Positions 30,386 through 31,591 of a DNA stretch of 31,591 bases are shown here, one piece after another. Source of the DNA: a virus; IMG/VR virus record IMGVR_UViG_3300032087_001284, positions 1 to 31,591 of that record, one strand, 5' to 3'. Positions within the stretch are counted from its first letter, which is position 1; each line of letters starts with the position of its first letter. Under the pieces are notes generated by a model. It worked only from the letters and a program-made list of their open reading frames with translations. It did not search any database and was not told the DNA's origin. A program made the translations under genes and the position numbers.

Positions 30386-30533
30386 TTCTTTGATAGACAG
30401 CTTCTAGCTTATCCATCGCCTGATGCAGCTTGCGTTCCTCGTAATGAGTGAACTCGTTATACATTGCGTGTCTGTATAATCCAGCCTCAATCGCTCGCAG
30501 CCTTAAACAACAATCATTCGGAGGCAACCTCAT
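30351..30533 (-). CDS. Hypothetical protein (60 aa)
   Basis: ORF-track entry within the leftward operon. It overlaps the ERF start by 35 nt. Confidence 0.4.
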   Translation of the reverse strand: MRLPPNDCCLRLRAIEAGLYRHAMYNEFTHYEERKLHQAMDKLEAVYQRIEKRLERKSAE

Positions 30534-30817
30534 TTCGCGTAAATGCTCAAAGCTCGCAAAGATGCTTTTAGGCCATCCGCGTCAAGCAAGTTGTTTAGAT
30601 AATCCTCAGTATCTTGACGATCTTCATCAGCCTCTTGCGCTTCACAAAGCTCTAAGCTGATTCTATCCAGCAGGTCTGACGCTTGCTGCAACGCACCGAT
30701 GTCGCTGGGGTCTGCTGGGTGATAGCCTCTGCGGACCTGATCGTGCAGCACTTGAGCGTAATGCTCTAAATCGCTGGCCAATTTTTCTATGTCGTTCATC
30801 CTCTTCTCCATTGTCAT
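30530..30817 (-). CDS. Hypothetical acidic protein, first gene of the leftward recombination operon
   Basis: ORF-track entry. The alternative ATG at 30799 has a better RBS (GGAG 6 nt upstream), and the predicted leftward TSS lies only about 7 nt from ATG 30817. Confidence 0.55.
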   Translation of the reverse strand: MTMEKRMNDIEKLASDLEHYAQVLHDQVRRGYHPADPSDIGALQQASDLLDRISLELCEAQEADEDRQDTEDYLNNLLDADGLKASLRALSIYAK

Positions 30818-30825
30818 AACTAAGG

Positions 30826-30854
30826 TTTACATCCTAACTTCATTCGGATCTAAT
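30826..30854 (+). promoter_or_regulatory. Rightward early promoter (PR-like)
   Basis: TTTACA (30826-30831), 17 nt, TCTAAT (30849-30854), upstream of the Cro-like gene. Confidence 0.45.
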
Positions 30855-30859
30855 GTAAA
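30831..30859 (-). promoter_or_regulatory. Leftward early promoter (PL-like), fully interdigitated with the rightward promoter
   Basis: The minus strand reads TTTACA (30859-30854), 17 nt, TAGGAT (30836-30831). The two -35 boxes lie within the 8-bp inverted repeat GTTTACAT (30825-30832) / ATGTAAAC (30853-30860). Confidence 0.45.
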
Positions 30860-30909
30860 CGCTTTATTTTACAGCCATAACAATATATGATCTGCCGCAG
30901 GAGGTATCT

Positions 30910-31125
30910 ATGAGTCAGGCAACGGGGTTAATTGAAATGCGATTAGCCTATTTTTTAGAGGAGAGTGGCATGAGCCAATCACAACTCGCAAGAGTCGCAG
31001 GCGTGTCGCGCCAGCTTGTGTACACTTGGCTCTGCAAAGAAGGGATGTGGATTTTCTGCACTGAGGACTTCGAAGTGAAGCGCATCGAACGGCGCATAAC
31101 CAAAAGGGTTTGGAGCGGGGATTAA
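30910..31125 (+). CDS. Cro/XRE-like HTH regulator (71 aa)
   Basis: AGGAGG RBS (30899-30904). MRLAYFLEESGMSQSQLARVAGVSRQLVYTWL is a classic XRE-type HTH. It is the first gene of the rightward early operon. Confidence 0.75.
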   Translation: MSQATGLIEMRLAYFLEESGMSQSQLARVAGVSRQLVYTWLCKEGMWIFCTEDFEVKRIERRITKRVWSGD

Positions 31126-31146
31126 AAAAAGGCTCCCGAAGGAGCC
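31124..31146 (-). terminator. Rho-independent terminator oriented leftward (minus strand)
   Basis: The minus strand reads GGCTCC-TTCG-GGAGCC followed by TTTTTTT (31130-31124). On the plus strand the hairpin has no downstream T-run. Confidence 0.65.
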
Positions 31147-31167
31147 CAACAAGGAGAAGGAGAGGAA

Positions 31168-31591
31168 ATGCGGTCAAACGATAACCCACCTTGGTTTCGA
31201 TTATACAGTGAGATAATCGACAACTACAAGATCAGATGCTTGGCATTTTCAGACAGATGGCACTACGTCGCTATACTGGCCTGCAAGAATCAGGGCATCA
31301 TGAAAGGCAGCGGGGAGTTGCTAGAAAGGGCATTAAGCGTCAAGCTAGGATTGTCATTTGCAGAACTAGATGATTTAAAAAATCGCTTGTTGGCTGTAAA
31401 CCTAATCGACGAAAACTTCTGCCCGATTAGCTGGGATGACAGACAATTTAGATCTGACAGCAGCAAGGAGCGAGTCGCTAAATACAGGGCAAAACTCAAG
31501 CCAAAAAACAATGTAACGGAAAAGAAACGTTACAAGCCTGTTACTGTAACGGCCCAAGATACAGATACAGATACAGATACAGATACAGAAA
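31168..31591 (+). CDS. Replication initiator / replisome organizer (lambda O-like position), N-terminal part; runs off the window end and continues at 92..375
   Basis: ATG 31168 follows a GGAG-rich RBS (31153-31165). The frame is open to the last base with no stop, which is why it is missing from the ORF track. N-terminus is MRSNDNPPWFRLYSEIIDNYKIRCLAFSDRWHYVAIL. Joined with 92..375 it gives about 235 aa. It lies directly upstream of a lambda-P-like gene and contains an ori-like repeat array. The product name comes from position and general resemblance only. Confidence 0.6.
   Translation, partial: MRSNDNPPWFRLYSEIIDNYKIRCLAFSDRWHYVAILACKNQGIMKGSGELLERALSVKLGLSFAELDDLKNRLLAVNLIDENFCPISWDDRQFRSDSSKERVAKYRAKLKPKNNVTEKKRYKPVTVTAQDTDTDTDTDTE
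31200..31229 (-). promoter_or_regulatory. Leftward promoter inside the initiator gene 5' end (oop-like antisense RNA promoter)
   Basis: The minus strand reads TTGTAG (31229-31224), 18 nt, then a perfect TATAAT (31205-31200). It points at the leftward terminator about 50 nt downstream. Confidence 0.4.
31501..31591. repeat. Terminal direct repeat, right copy (identical to 1..91)
   Basis: Same 91 bases as 1..91, including the (GATACA)x5 tract. Confidence 0.95.

Noticed and set aside
30908-31189. Minus-strand 93-codon ORF opposite the Cro-like gene (and 31290..31511 opposite the initiator gene)
   Set aside because: These are antisense shadows of well-supported plus-strand genes. The 30908..31189 ORF would also run through the leftward terminator at 31124-31146.

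Overview
The window looks like one complete, about 31.5 kb tailed dsDNA phage genome (siphovirus-type). Bases 1-91 are identical to 31501-31591, and a replication gene that runs off the right end continues in frame at the left end, so the sequence closes on itself (31,500 unique bp). Layout: (i) a rightward early operon (30910 across the junction to 3470) with a Cro-like HTH, a lambda O-like initiator holding an ori-like repeat array, a lambda P-like loader, NinB, NinG/Rap, an HTH-metallophosphoesterase and DUF3310; (ii) a leftward recombination operon (30817 to 28898) with ERF annealase, YqaJ exonuclease and an SSB-tip protein; (iii) a leftward, translationally coupled operon (5427 to 3599) built around a cytosine-5 DNA methyltransferase; (iv) a long rightward late operon (5565 to 28682) with DUF5675, a ParB-like protein, a Mom-like acyltransferase candidate, TerS/TerL, portal, Mu-F-like protein, scaffold, capsid, connectors, tail tube, G/GT chaperone with a -1 frameshift, tape measure, GTA-like tail-tip genes, a 2,292-aa J-like/fibre fusion and a cluster of small membrane proteins ending in a GTA-type holin. 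I found no integrase, no long CI-type repressor, no canonical tRNA and no CRISPR array. The observations most worth follow-up are: the methyltransferase gene contains a 207-codon +1-frame ORF whose translation also looks like conserved methyltransferase sequence; the ParB-like plus Mom-like candidate DNA-modification pair; a tRNA-shaped four-way-junction element with a CCUCCU-containing loop at the end of the late operon; an oop-like antisense RNA unit over the initiator RBS; and a lysis region with no recognisable endolysin. All functional calls come from motif recognition by eye, not from database searches.
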